Of a stretch of DNA of 64,000 bases, positions 51,935 to 60,435 are shown in pieces. Every line of letters starts with the position of its first letter. Position 1 is the stretch's first letter. The notes under the pieces were generated by a model. It saw only the letters and a program-made list of their open reading frames with translations, ran no database searches and was not told where the DNA came from. Origin of the DNA: Candidatus Caldarchaeales archaeon (GTDB taxonomy: Archaea; Thermoproteota; Nitrososphaeria_A; Caldarchaeales; Calditenuaceae); the NCBI GenBank assembly GCA_039630085.1, contig JBCNVM010000001.1:202037-266036 (forward strand). Reading direction: 5' to 3'. Position numbers and translations under genes: made by a program.

Positions 51935-52782
51935 CAGGGATCACCGGAGGAGACCAGCTCGACCAGCTCGCCGGCCGTCAGCGGCACCCTCCCGCGCCTG
52001 TTCGAGCCCGAGGCCGCGACCGCCCTGTGGTAGACCTCGGGGACCCTCGGGGGCTTGACCCCGAACTCCGCGCCCGTGTGCCTGAGGAAGAAGTCCTGGG
52101 GCCTTCCGTCGAAGGCGATCCTCCCCTCGGAGAAGACGACGATCCTGTCCACCAGCGGGACCAGGAGGTCGAGCCTGTGCTCCGAGACCAGCATCGTCTT
52201 CCCCTCGGACCTGCAGTACCTCAGCACGAACTCGAGTATCTCCTGCGCCGAGACCGGGTCCAGCATCGAGGTCGGCTCGTCGAGGAGGAGGACCTCGGGC
52301 CTCATCGCGATTATCGAGGCGATCGCGAGCCTCTGCTTCTGGCCTCCCGAGAGCTCCGCGGGGTTCCTCTTCCTCAGCTCCGCCATGCCGGTGGCCCTCA
52401 GTGCCTCCTCGACCCTCGCGAGCATCTCGTCCCTGGGGACGCCGAGGTTCTCGAGCGGGAAGGCGACCTCGGCCTCGACCGTCGTAGAGAAGAGCTGCGT
52501 CTCGGGGTTCTGGAAGACCATCCCTACCTTCGTCGCGATCACGTGGACCGGCGTCTCGGGGACGTTCAGGCCGCAGACCCTCACCGAGCCCTGGTACTCG
52601 CCCCTGTAGAAGTGCGGGACAAGCCCGACGATGGCCCTCAGGAGGGTCGACTTGCCCGAACCGGTCGGACCCACGACCAGCACGAGCTCGCCCTCGGAGA
52701 CCTCGAGGTCCACGCCGTCCAGCGACCAGGCCTCGGAGCCCTCGTACCTGAACCTGAGTCCCTCGACCTCGATTACCGGCAT
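51934..52782 (-). CDS. ecfA: ECF transporter ATPase component (second copy)
   Basis: Walker A GPTGSGKST, signature LSGGQKQRL, Walker B LLLDEPTSMLD. Trimmed to ATG52782, which overlaps the upstream stop; the track ORF extends to 53124. Confidence 0.85.
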   Translation of the reverse strand: MPVIEVEGLRFRYEGSEAWSLDGVDLEVSEGELVLVVGPTGSGKSTLLRAIVGLVPHFYRGEYQGSVRVCGLNVPETPVHVIATKVGMVFQNPETQLFSTTVEAEVAFPLENLGVPRDEMLARVEEALRATGMAELRKRNPAELSGGQKQRLAIASIIAMRPEVLLLDEPTSMLDPVSAQEILEFVLRYCRSEGKTMLVSEHRLDLLVPLVDRIVVFSEGRIAFDGRPQDFFLRHTGAEFGVKPPRVPEVYHRAVAASGSNRRGRVPLTAGELVELVSSGDP

Positions 52783-53816
52783 CACTCCTCGACCGGCGTA
52801 GGGTTGTAGCCGAGCATGTCCCCGATCAACTCGACGCACCTCCTGAAGGCCTCCTCGAGCCCGACCCGGACCCTCGCCCTCGCCGCAGCCGCGTGTCCCC
52901 CTCCCGCGCCGCCGTACCTCTCGACCAGCGGGTTGACCAAGTCCCTGACGGCGTTGAAGGAATAGGTCGAGACGACCTCGGCCGCGACCCTGACCGTCAG
53001 CTCCGAGAAGCCGTCGCGCTCGTCTCCGACGACCGCTATCCCCGCGCCCGCGGCCAGGAGGAGCCTGGCGACCGAGGGCCTGAAGGCGCTGACCCTTGTG
53101 AGTGCGATTATCACGTTCTCGCACCTGTAGAGCCTAGCCCTCTTGACGCCCTTCAGCCTCGCGATCCTCTCCGAGTAGTCCGGCGGGACCTCGAGCCTCT
53201 CGGCCAACGCGCCCGGGTCAGCGCCGAGCTCGCCCAGAAGCCCGACCTTCCTGAGGGTAAGCGAGTCCGCGGCCGCGAGCCTCACCGTGTCGTAGTAGGT
53301 CCCGAAGTAGAGGGCGGTGGCCTCGAGGGGGCTCGGGGCCTGGCCCGCGACGACGCAGAGGTCCAGGACTACCTCCGAGCACGACCTGTAGCTCGGGTCC
53401 GCGAAGACCTCCGCCGACCCGAAAGGCCCCTGGGGCTGGTGGTGGTCGATCACGGTCAGCCTGCCCGCGGCCCTCGCCAGGGCCTCTCCGAGCTGCGAGG
53501 GCGACCCGACGTCGACCGCGACGTAGTGGTCCGATTCGGGGAGCTCCGCGGCGAGCTCGATCCCGAAGGCCGACGCGAACCTCGCTGCCGAATCGGAGAC
53601 CTCCCCCGGGACGTGAACGTAGACCGCCGAGCACCCGACGGCCCTCTCGAGGAGCGACTTCAGGGCCATCGAGGAGGCCAGCGAGTCCGGGTCGCCCCCC
53701 ACGTGCGTGAGGACCGTGACCCTCAGGCCCCTCAGCGACCTGAGCCTTTCCCAGAGCCTACCGACGAGCTCGGGAGACCTGATGAGGCCCTCGCGCGCCG
53801 CCGACCGGGCTCTCAC
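52782..53816 (-). CDS. DHH/DHHA1 family phosphoesterase (NrnA-like)
   Basis: DHH motifs HVGGDPDSLAS, VDVG and IDHHQ, plus the DHHA1 GGGHAAAA. Confidence 0.75.
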   Translation of the reverse strand: MRARSAAREGLIRSPELVGRLWERLRSLRGLRVTVLTHVGGDPDSLASSMALKSLLERAVGCSAVYVHVPGEVSDSAARFASAFGIELAAELPESDHYVAVDVGSPSQLGEALARAAGRLTVIDHHQPQGPFGSAEVFADPSYRSCSEVVLDLCVVAGQAPSPLEATALYFGTYYDTVRLAAADSLTLRKVGLLGELGADPGALAERLEVPPDYSERIARLKGVKRARLYRCENVIIALTRVSAFRPSVARLLLAAGAGIAVVGDERDGFSELTVRVAAEVVSTYSFNAVRDLVNPLVERYGGAGGGHAAAARARVRVGLEEAFRRCVELIGDMLGYNPTPVEE

Positions 53817-54178
53817 GCCTCCTCTGACCGGCCTGACCCCAGGCTCATCTGTATCTCCTTCTGGAGCGTCGCGATCTGGCTCCTCGTCCTCGCCTCCTGC
53901 TTCTCGAGGACCTTCAGCCTGGTGTCGTTCAGGTCCCTCTTCTCGGAGAGCTCGCTGATCACCTTCTCCTTCGCGGTCTGGATCAGCAGCGGCCCCACCG
54001 CCTTGTACACGGTCACAGACTCGTCGACCTTGGAGAGCTCCTCCAGCGCCAGCTTGATCTCCTCCAGCTCCGTCTGGATCCTCTGCTTCTCCGAGAGGAG
54101 GGCCGCGAGGGTCTGCTGGAGCTGCTGGAGCCTCGCTAGCTGCTGCTGGACGTTCATCGGCAGCTCGTTTGAAGACAT
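53813..54178 (-). CDS. pfdB: Prefoldin beta subunit
   Basis: 121 aa: coiled coil, beta hairpin (VYKAVGPLLIQ), coiled coil. Confidence 0.8.
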   Translation of the reverse strand: MSSNELPMNVQQQLARLQQLQQTLAALLSEKQRIQTELEEIKLALEELSKVDESVTVYKAVGPLLIQTAKEKVISELSEKRDLNDTRLKVLEKQEARTRSQIATLQKEIQMSLGSGRSEEA

Positions 54179-54322
54179 CTCGAGCCCACGATCTCCCTCC
54201 CCGGTATTAGGGTTTTGCCCAAGACGTGTCTGCGAGCTCCAACATGAAGAGGCGGTCGAAGTCCCTTCGGGGCTTCAACATCCTGGCTGCAAGGCCAACG
54301 GTTATGAGGGGCCGGTCGTTCA

Positions 54323-54817
54323 GTGCTCCCGGTGGACGCGAGGTCGGAGCTCGAGAGGGCCGAGGGCTTTAGGGGAGTCTTCGCGCTGGTGAAGAAGGTC
54401 GTCGAGAGGAGGCTCGGGCTGAGGAGGGCCGGTCTGATGCTCGTGCTGGCCGACGAGCCGGCCTTCGTCCTCGCCTACCACGGCGTCGGGTCGAACTTCA
54501 TCGTCCTGAACAGAAGGGCGATCTCGGCCCTGGTCGGACAGGGAGCCTCCCAGACGGAGCTCAAGTCCTACCTGTTCACGGTCCTCCTCCACGAGTACCT
54601 CCACTCCCTCGGGTTCCTCGACGAGTCCGAGACCCGCAGGCTGGTGGCCGAGATCGTCAGGTCCGAGTTCGGGGAGGACCACCCGGCGTACAGGTTCGCG
54701 GTGAGGCCGCTGGGAGAGGATGAGGCGAGGGCCCTCGTCGGTCAGGGGCAGTCCGGCCCCTCTGAGCCGAAGATCGTGAGGGACTTCGACGACGAGAACC
54801 TCACCTACATCGCGTGA
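54323..54817 (+). CDS. Hypothetical protein with HExxH motif (putative small metallopeptidase-like)
   Basis: LLHEYLHSLG is an HExxH context. No other recognisable motif. The 3' end overlaps the convergent mtaB-like gene by 17 nt. Confidence 0.4.
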   Translation: MLPVDARSELERAEGFRGVFALVKKVVERRLGLRRAGLMLVLADEPAFVLAYHGVGSNFIVLNRRAISALVGQGASQTELKSYLFTVLLHEYLHSLGFLDESETRRLVAEIVRSEFGEDHPAYRFAVRPLGEDEARALVGQGQSGPSEPKIVRDFDDENLTYIA

Positions 54818-56123
54818 CAGGGCTCTCGGCCGGACCCTTCGACCTCCCGACCAAGCAGTGCGTCCTCGCGCCGACCACCTCCACCTCGACCCACTCGCCG
54901 AGCAGGGCCCTGCCGTCGGCCCCGGGGATCGCGATCGGCCTGTAGTCGAGGTTCCTGGCGATTGGCTCGCCCTTCGGCCCCACCTCGTCGATCAGCGCAG
55001 GCCCCTCCCAGCCCACCCACTCCTCCATCCTCTCCCTCGAGATCCTCGAGCAGACCTCCGTGATCTCCCTGCTCCTCCTGTTGACCATCCAGTCAGGCAG
55101 GGGACTCAGCCTCGCGGCCTCGGTCTTCGGCCTGGGGTAGAACCTCGAGACGTTCACGAAGTCCGGCCTCACCTCCTCCATCAGCCTCACCGTCGCCTCG
55201 AAGTCCTCCTCGTCCTCGGTCGGGTAGCCGACTATCACGTCGGTCATCAGGGTCATGCTGGGGAACGCCTCCCTGAACCTCCTGACGTAATAGGTGAAGT
55301 CCCCGACGGCGTAGCCGCGCCTCATCTCCCTGAGGACATCGTCGCTCCCGCTCTGGACGCAGAGGTGGAGGAACTTGAAGACGTGGACGTCGCCGTAGGC
55401 CCTCACCAGGTCCTCCAGCTCGAGCCTCCTGAAGTGTAGCGGGTTCATCATCCCGACCCTGATCGCGTAGTCGCCCCCGACCGATGCGGTCACGCCCTCC
55501 AGCAGCTCCGCGAGGTTCGTCCCGATGTCCCTCCCGTACGCCGACATGTCCTGCGAAGTCAGCCAGACCTCCTTCGCGCCGCTCCTTACCGCCCTCTCCA
55601 CCGCCTCCCTGATCACAGAGGGCCTGTAGCTGAAGAGCGTCCCCCTCGCGACCTTCGTCTGACAGAACGTGCAGGAGGAGAGGCACCCGCTGGCGACCTC
55701 GACCACCTCGACCACTGGGTTCGTCCTGACGTGGGGCAGGGCCGGCTTCTCGACCCTTCCGTCCTCAAGAACCACCGCCCTTTTGCCCGCGAGGGCCTCC
55801 CTGACCACTTCTCCGATCCTGTGGACCGCGTTCGGGCCGATCATCGAGGCCGCGGGGCTTACTCTCGCGACGGTCTCGGGCTGGACCTTCGCGAAGCACC
55901 CCGCCACCACCAGCGGCTTCCCGGTCCTCGAGAGGACGGATATCCTGTGGACCATCCTGTTCGCGGTGGGCGTCTTGACCGTGCAGGTGTTGATCAGGAG
56001 GAGGTCCGCTTCCCTCGGGTCCCGGACCTCCACGTGCCCCTCCTCGGCCAGTATGCCCCTCATGATCTCCGCGTCGTGGAGGTTCGCCGCGCACCCGTAG
56101 CTCTCGACGTAGAACCTCGCCAT
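54801..56123 (-). CDS. MiaB-like tRNA methylthiotransferase, archaeal/eukaryotic (MtaB/CDKAL1) type
   Basis: UPF0004 N-domain ESYGCAANLHDAE, radical SAM SGCLSSCTFCQT, and a C-terminal TRAM-like domain. Confidence 0.85.
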   Translation of the reverse strand: MARFYVESYGCAANLHDAEIMRGILAEEGHVEVRDPREADLLLINTCTVKTPTANRMVHRISVLSRTGKPLVVAGCFAKVQPETVARVSPAASMIGPNAVHRIGEVVREALAGKRAVVLEDGRVEKPALPHVRTNPVVEVVEVASGCLSSCTFCQTKVARGTLFSYRPSVIREAVERAVRSGAKEVWLTSQDMSAYGRDIGTNLAELLEGVTASVGGDYAIRVGMMNPLHFRRLELEDLVRAYGDVHVFKFLHLCVQSGSDDVLREMRRGYAVGDFTYYVRRFREAFPSMTLMTDVIVGYPTEDEEDFEATVRLMEEVRPDFVNVSRFYPRPKTEAARLSPLPDWMVNRRSREITEVCSRISRERMEEWVGWEGPALIDEVGPKGEPIARNLDYRPIAIPGADGRALLGEWVEVEVVGARTHCLVGRSKGPAESPVTRCR

Positions 56124-56195
56124 TCCCTCCAGCTGGCCGGCGGAGGTGAGCCTTAATCTTGTGCCCGCTCCCCCTCGGCCTACGAGTTCAAGGGG

Positions 56196-56804
56196 TCAAG
56201 GCGGTGAGGCGGCGACGACGGCCCTGACCCTCTCCTTGTCCATCCCGACGAGCTCCGAGAGCTTCTCGATCAACAGCTCCCCCGACATGCGCCCCGACAT
56301 CTGCCTCCAGAGGTCCCTCAGGCTCTCGTACCTGCTCCAGGGGTAGAGGATCCAGTGTGAGGTCTGGAGGATGAAGTAGTCCGGCACGAACTTGGTCCAG
56401 GGCTTGATGTGGAGGACCGCGCTCCTCAGCCCCGCGGGCCTCGAGGACTCGGTGATCAGGGAGGTCGCGACCTGGAGGGTCTTGCCCTCGTCGGAGACGT
56501 CGTCCACGAGCAGCACCTTCTTGCCGTTCAGGGAGTCCATCCCGGGCTTGTGGTAGACGATCGGGGTCCCCCGCTCCTTCACGCCGACGTAGCTCCTTAT
56601 GCCCAAGGGCACCACGTCCTCCACGTTCAGCACGTCCGAGAGCAGGTTCGCGACGAAGAGCCCTCCCCTCAGGACCCCGACGATCGTCTCGGGCCGGTAG
56701 CCGGACCCGGTGACCTTCGCCGCGAGCTCCTCGACCTCCTCGACGATGTCGTCCCACCCCAGCAGCAAGAACCTCTCCGTGCCCAGCGCTACTTCCTTCG
56801 CCAC
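56196..56804 (-). CDS. Purine phosphoribosyltransferase (type I PRT)
   Basis: PRPP-binding loop KVLLVDDVSDEGKTL and the flexible-loop region. Confidence 0.75.
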   Translation of the reverse strand: MAKEVALGTERFLLLGWDDIVEEVEELAAKVTGSGYRPETIVGVLRGGLFVANLLSDVLNVEDVVPLGIRSYVGVKERGTPIVYHKPGMDSLNGKKVLLVDDVSDEGKTLQVATSLITESSRPAGLRSAVLHIKPWTKFVPDYFILQTSHWILYPWSRYESLRDLWRQMSGRMSGELLIEKLSELVGMDKERVRAVVAASPP

Positions 56805-56926
56805 GTCCGAACCCGTCCGAGGTCCTATATCCGCCTTAGCTCCCGCTTGACGCGACCGAGGACATTCGAGTTAAAGCCGCCCTGGCCGTCGAAACCGAGA
56901 GGAGGCCAGTCCCGCCGTCGAGGCGG

Positions 56927-57259
56927 TCACTTCTCTACCCTGTCCCTCAGGAAGTCGGGGAGCACGCCCTTCTTGGCCAGCTCGAGCGCCTGGTTCTTCG
57001 TGAACCTCCACCAGATGTCGCCCCTCCTGTCGCTCTGGAAGTCCCACGGGCTCACCGCGACCAGATCACCCTCCTTTATCCAGATCCTCCTCTTCAGCTG
57101 GCCCCTGATCCTGCAGAGCCTCTGCTTCCCGTCGGAGCACTCGACCAGGACGTTGTCGTAGCCCATCAGCTTCACGACGACTCCGTAGAGGTCGCCCGCT
57201 CCCAGCTCCGGCATCTCCTCGAGCTCCTTCGGCTCCGAGATGATCTTCCTCTTCCCCAA
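56927..57259 (-). CDS. eif1A: Translation initiation factor aIF-1A
   Basis: S1-like OB fold: GVVVKLMGYDNVLVECSDGKQRLCRIRGQLKRRIWIKEGDLVAVSPWDF. Confidence 0.9.
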   Translation of the reverse strand: MGKRKIISEPKELEEMPELGAGDLYGVVVKLMGYDNVLVECSDGKQRLCRIRGQLKRRIWIKEGDLVAVSPWDFQSDRRGDIWWRFTKNQALELAKKGVLPDFLRDRVEK

Positions 57260-57368
57260 TCCCCACGCTCAGCTCTGGCCGGCCTCATTTAGGTGTAGCT
57301 TTCCCTCCTCCGGAGGCCTTCAGGCTAGCGATTAAATCGGGCTGGAACCGTCTCCTGAACGGGGAGGA

Positions 57369-57677
57369 TTGGGGAGGCAGCGGTTCTGGGCGAAGCTCCA
57401 TCACACCTACACCGGCGAGGTCGTGCTGGCGGCCTGCGACGAGGAGATCCTCGGGAGGCGCGTACCGGTCGAGGACGGGTTCGAGGTCGTGATCTCCGAG
57501 GGCTTCTACATGGGGAGCCTCGTCGACTGGGAGCAGCTCAGGTCGATGCTCTCGAGCGCGACGATCGTCAACCTCGTCGGGAACGAGCTCGTCGAGACGG
57601 CGGTTAGGGAGGGACTGGTCCCCGCTGCCGCCTTCAGAGTGGTGGGCGGAGTCAAGCACGTCCAGATCTTGCGCTGA
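57369..57677 (+). CDS. DUF424 family protein
   Basis: About 100 aa. GEVVLAACDEEILGR...EGFY.G resembles the conserved archaeal DUF424 pattern (recalled). Confidence 0.55.
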   Translation: MGRQRFWAKLHHTYTGEVVLAACDEEILGRRVPVEDGFEVVISEGFYMGSLVDWEQLRSMLSSATIVNLVGNELVETAVREGLVPAAAFRVVGGVKHVQILR

Positions 57678-57679
57678 GC

Positions 57680-58168
57680 TCAGAGCTCGACCCGGGCCTG
57701 CGGCTTCGTCCCGTAAACCACGACTATCTCGTCCCTGAACTTCCTGTTGGGGACCACCACGATGCAGCCCTCGCCGGCTATCCTCGTCGTCGTGAGCGTT
57801 ATCGCGATTATCCTCCCCCTCTTCCCCGCGATCTCGACCTCAGTCCCGATCTTGATGTATGGGTTCAGGAGCAGCGATATACCGGTGTAGATGTCCGAGA
57901 GCCACGGCACGAGCCCGAGTCCCATCACGAGCCCGAGGGCCCCGATCGCGGTCAGGGTCCCCACCACGACGTCGAAGAGCTCCAGCCTGTACGCGAAGTA
58001 AACCAGAATCCCAAGCACTGTTAGCGATGAGAGAAAATAATAGAATTTCAGGTAATCCCTCGAAATAGCGACGAGCCTCCGGAAGACTGACCTGAGGAAG
58101 AACCAGACCGCGGCCCCGATCAGGACCGCGAGGAGGGACTCTGGCGTCAGGAGCACCCTCGGGTCCAA
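57680..58168 (-). CDS. Small MscS-like mechanosensitive channel family protein
   Basis: Three TM segments, then an MscS beta-domain-like GTEVEIAGKRGRIIAITLTTTRIAGEGCIVVVPNRKF. Confidence 0.5.
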   Translation of the reverse strand: MDPRVLLTPESLLAVLIGAAVWFFLRSVFRRLVAISRDYLKFYYFLSSLTVLGILVYFAYRLELFDVVVGTLTAIGALGLVMGLGLVPWLSDIYTGISLLLNPYIKIGTEVEIAGKRGRIIAITLTTTRIAGEGCIVVVPNRKFRDEIVVVYGTKPQARVEL

Positions 58169-58181
58169 ACCGGGACACCTC

Positions 58182-58568
58182 TCAGCCGGTTTTCGCCACA
58201 GCCACGGCGTCGATCTCGACCAAGAACTCCTCCCTGACCAGGTCGCAGACCACGGTGGTCCTCGCGGGCGGGTCCTTCTGGAAGTATTGGGAGTAGACCT
58301 CGTTCATCGCCTGGAAGTCCTCCCTCCTCCTGATGTAGACGTTGACCTTGACGACGTCCTCCAGCGTGCAGCCCGCGGCTCCCAGTATCGCCCTCACGTT
58401 CTCGAGGACCTGCCTCGTCTGCTCCCTTATCCCTCCCTTGACGACCTTTCCGGTCCTCGGGTCTATAGGGACCTGGCCCGCGACGAAGACGAGGTCTCCG
58501 GCCCTCACCGCCTGAGAATAGGGCCCGACGGGTCTCGGAGCCAGCTCGGTGAATATCACGCGCCTCAT
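58182..58568 (-). CDS. RidA/YjgF family reactive-intermediate deaminase
   Basis: 128 aa. APRPVGPYSQAV..GDLVFVAGQ...PARTTV..L is the canonical pattern. Confidence 0.85.
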   Translation of the reverse strand: MRRVIFTELAPRPVGPYSQAVRAGDLVFVAGQVPIDPRTGKVVKGGIREQTRQVLENVRAILGAAGCTLEDVVKVNVYIRRREDFQAMNEVYSQYFQKDPPARTTVVCDLVREEFLVEIDAVAVAKTG

Positions 58569-58678
58569 GTCGGGCTCCCAACCTTCCAGTCACGTGATTA
58601 GGTTATCGGGCGAGGTCCGGTCTGAGGGTTGACTCTCACCTCAGGGGCGACGCATGAAGCCAGGCCCTCGGCGCGTCC

Positions 58679-59560
58679 TCATGAGAGCAACTTGACCTCC
58701 GGGAAGAACGGGATGATCTTGTGGTTGACAAGACCGAGCCACAGGAGCCCTCCCAGCGTGGTGTTGATGTACGGCAGGTACCAGTAAACCCTGTTGATGT
58801 CACGGTTGAAGACCAGCACCGATATCGGCACGAGGACGTAGATCAGGGAGAGGAAGCTGAGAGGGTGGAAGCCGGTAAGCGTGACCGCGAAGTAGACCAG
58901 CCCCGACCAGAAAGCGGTCACGAGGATTAGGGCTGGAACCCTCCCTATCAGGACCGGCGTCGTGACAATCCCTGCCCTCCTGTCGTACTCGATGTCCGGA
59001 ATGGCCGAGAAGACGTGCATCGCGGCGACGTGGAAGAACGCGGCGACGAGGGCTGGCGGCTCCGGGAACCTGCCAGAGGCTATGTAATGCCCGAAGATCC
59101 CCGGCATGATGTAGAGGTAGTTCGAGGCGAAGTCGACGAAGGGCTTGCTCTTGAACCTGAGCGGAGGGGCGCTGTAGAAGACCGTGAGGAAGAGGAAGCC
59201 CCCGAATAGGAGCCTGGCGGTATTGTCCTGGAAGGCCATCAGAGCGAGGCTCAGCACGATCACCAACGTCAGCATCCTCCTGAGCCTGGCCCGCAGCTCT
59301 CCGACGGCCCTCAGCTCCTTCCCGTCCTTCTTCGGGTTTGCCGCGTCGGTGTCTAGGTCGAAGTAGTCGTTGATCCCGTAGATCAGGACGTTCGCGGGGA
59401 CGAAGAAGTAGAACAGATAGACGTAGTACTCCGGCCTGAGGAAGTCCTCGAACCTCGAAGCGCCCAGCGTGTAACCCACGACGTAAGGTCCAGCGGCGTA
59501 GATCCAGAACCTGAACCTCGAGACCTTCAGGAGCTCAGCAAACCCCTCCCTCAACCGCAA
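58679..59560 (-). CDS. UbiA-family prenyltransferase (lycopene-elongase-like by context)
   Basis: NDYFDLDTD (NDxxDxxxD) first Asp-rich motif and 8-9 TM segments. Overlaps crtB by 10 nt. Confidence 0.7.
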   Translation of the reverse strand: MRLREGFAELLKVSRFRFWIYAAGPYVVGYTLGASRFEDFLRPEYYVYLFYFFVPANVLIYGINDYFDLDTDAANPKKDGKELRAVGELRARLRRMLTLVIVLSLALMAFQDNTARLLFGGFLFLTVFYSAPPLRFKSKPFVDFASNYLYIMPGIFGHYIASGRFPEPPALVAAFFHVAAMHVFSAIPDIEYDRRAGIVTTPVLIGRVPALILVTAFWSGLVYFAVTLTGFHPLSFLSLIYVLVPISVLVFNRDINRVYWYLPYINTTLGGLLWLGLVNHKIIPFFPEVKLLS

Positions 59561-60435
59561 TACGGACTACCCCCGGGGAGCTTGTACATCGCCGCCCCGA
59601 CGAGGTTCACATAGGCCTGAGAGACTATTCGGTTCTTCCTAGGCTTGACCTTCCTTACGTACACTATAAGCGGGTTCCTGTAAATTATTTTGGCGGTAAA
59701 CTTGTACATGTCGGCAGCTGTCTTTATCGGAATGAGATACCTGTAGGGGATGTAGCAGTACCCCTCCTCCGCGAACCCCTGCCACACCGTATACCTCCTG
59801 ATCTGCTCCCGGAGGAAGGCGGCGAACTCTTCCCTCCTCGCGTGGGCCGTTTCGGGCTCGAGGCTCCACAGTCCGTACCTCGCCATCTCCTCTACCGGGA
59901 GGTACTGCCTTCCGAGCTCGAGGTCCTCCTGGATGTCCCTGATGAAGTTGATGTACTGCATCGCCCTCCCGAGGAACCTCGCGTGGACGAAGGACTCCTC
60001 CGGCAGCCCCAGTATCCTTGCCATGAAGAGGCCCACGACCTCAGCCGAACCGTAGACGTAGACGAGGAGCTCGTCGAGGGTGTGGTAGACCCTCTTGTGG
60101 AGGTCGGCCTCCATCGAGTCGAGGAAGGCCTCGACCCAGCGCTCGTCGAAGTCCCTCTCCCTAGAGAGCGCGACGAACTCCCTGATCACGATGTCCGAGG
60201 TCTCGTGGCCCCTCGCGGCCCTCTCGTACTCTTTCCTGAAGGCGTAGAACCCCTCGGCGTCCTGGGTGACCCTGTCGACGAAGTTGTCGGCCTTCCTGAG
60301 GAACGCGTAGAGCCTGAAGACGTCCCTCCTGACCTCCTTCGGGAAGAAGAGGGTGCTGTTGAAGTACGTGACGCTGCCCTGCTTGAAGAGCCTGAATATC
60401 GTCGGGTCCACCCGGACCTCCTCGCGCGGTATCAA
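59551..60435 (-). CDS. crtB: Phytoene synthase (squalene/phytoene synthase family)
   Basis: YAFLRKADNFVD region and the second Asp-rich region YINFIRDIQEDLELGRQYLP. Confidence 0.8.
   Translation of the reverse strand: MIPREEVRVDPTIFRLFKQGSVTYFNSTLFFPKEVRRDVFRLYAFLRKADNFVDRVTQDAEGFYAFRKEYERAARGHETSDIVIREFVALSRERDFDERWVEAFLDSMEADLHKRVYHTLDELLVYVYGSAEVVGLFMARILGLPEESFVHARFLGRAMQYINFIRDIQEDLELGRQYLPVEEMARYGLWSLEPETAHARREEFAAFLREQIRRYTVWQGFAEEGYCYIPYRYLIPIKTAADMYKFTAKIIYRNPLIVYVRKVKPRKNRIVSQAYVNLVGAAMYKLPGGSPYCG

Noticed and set aside
52783-53124. N-terminal extension of the ecfA track ORF 51934..53124
   Set aside because: Arg/Gly-rich alternative frame over the DHH gene. ATG52782 immediately precedes the conserved ABC N-terminus.
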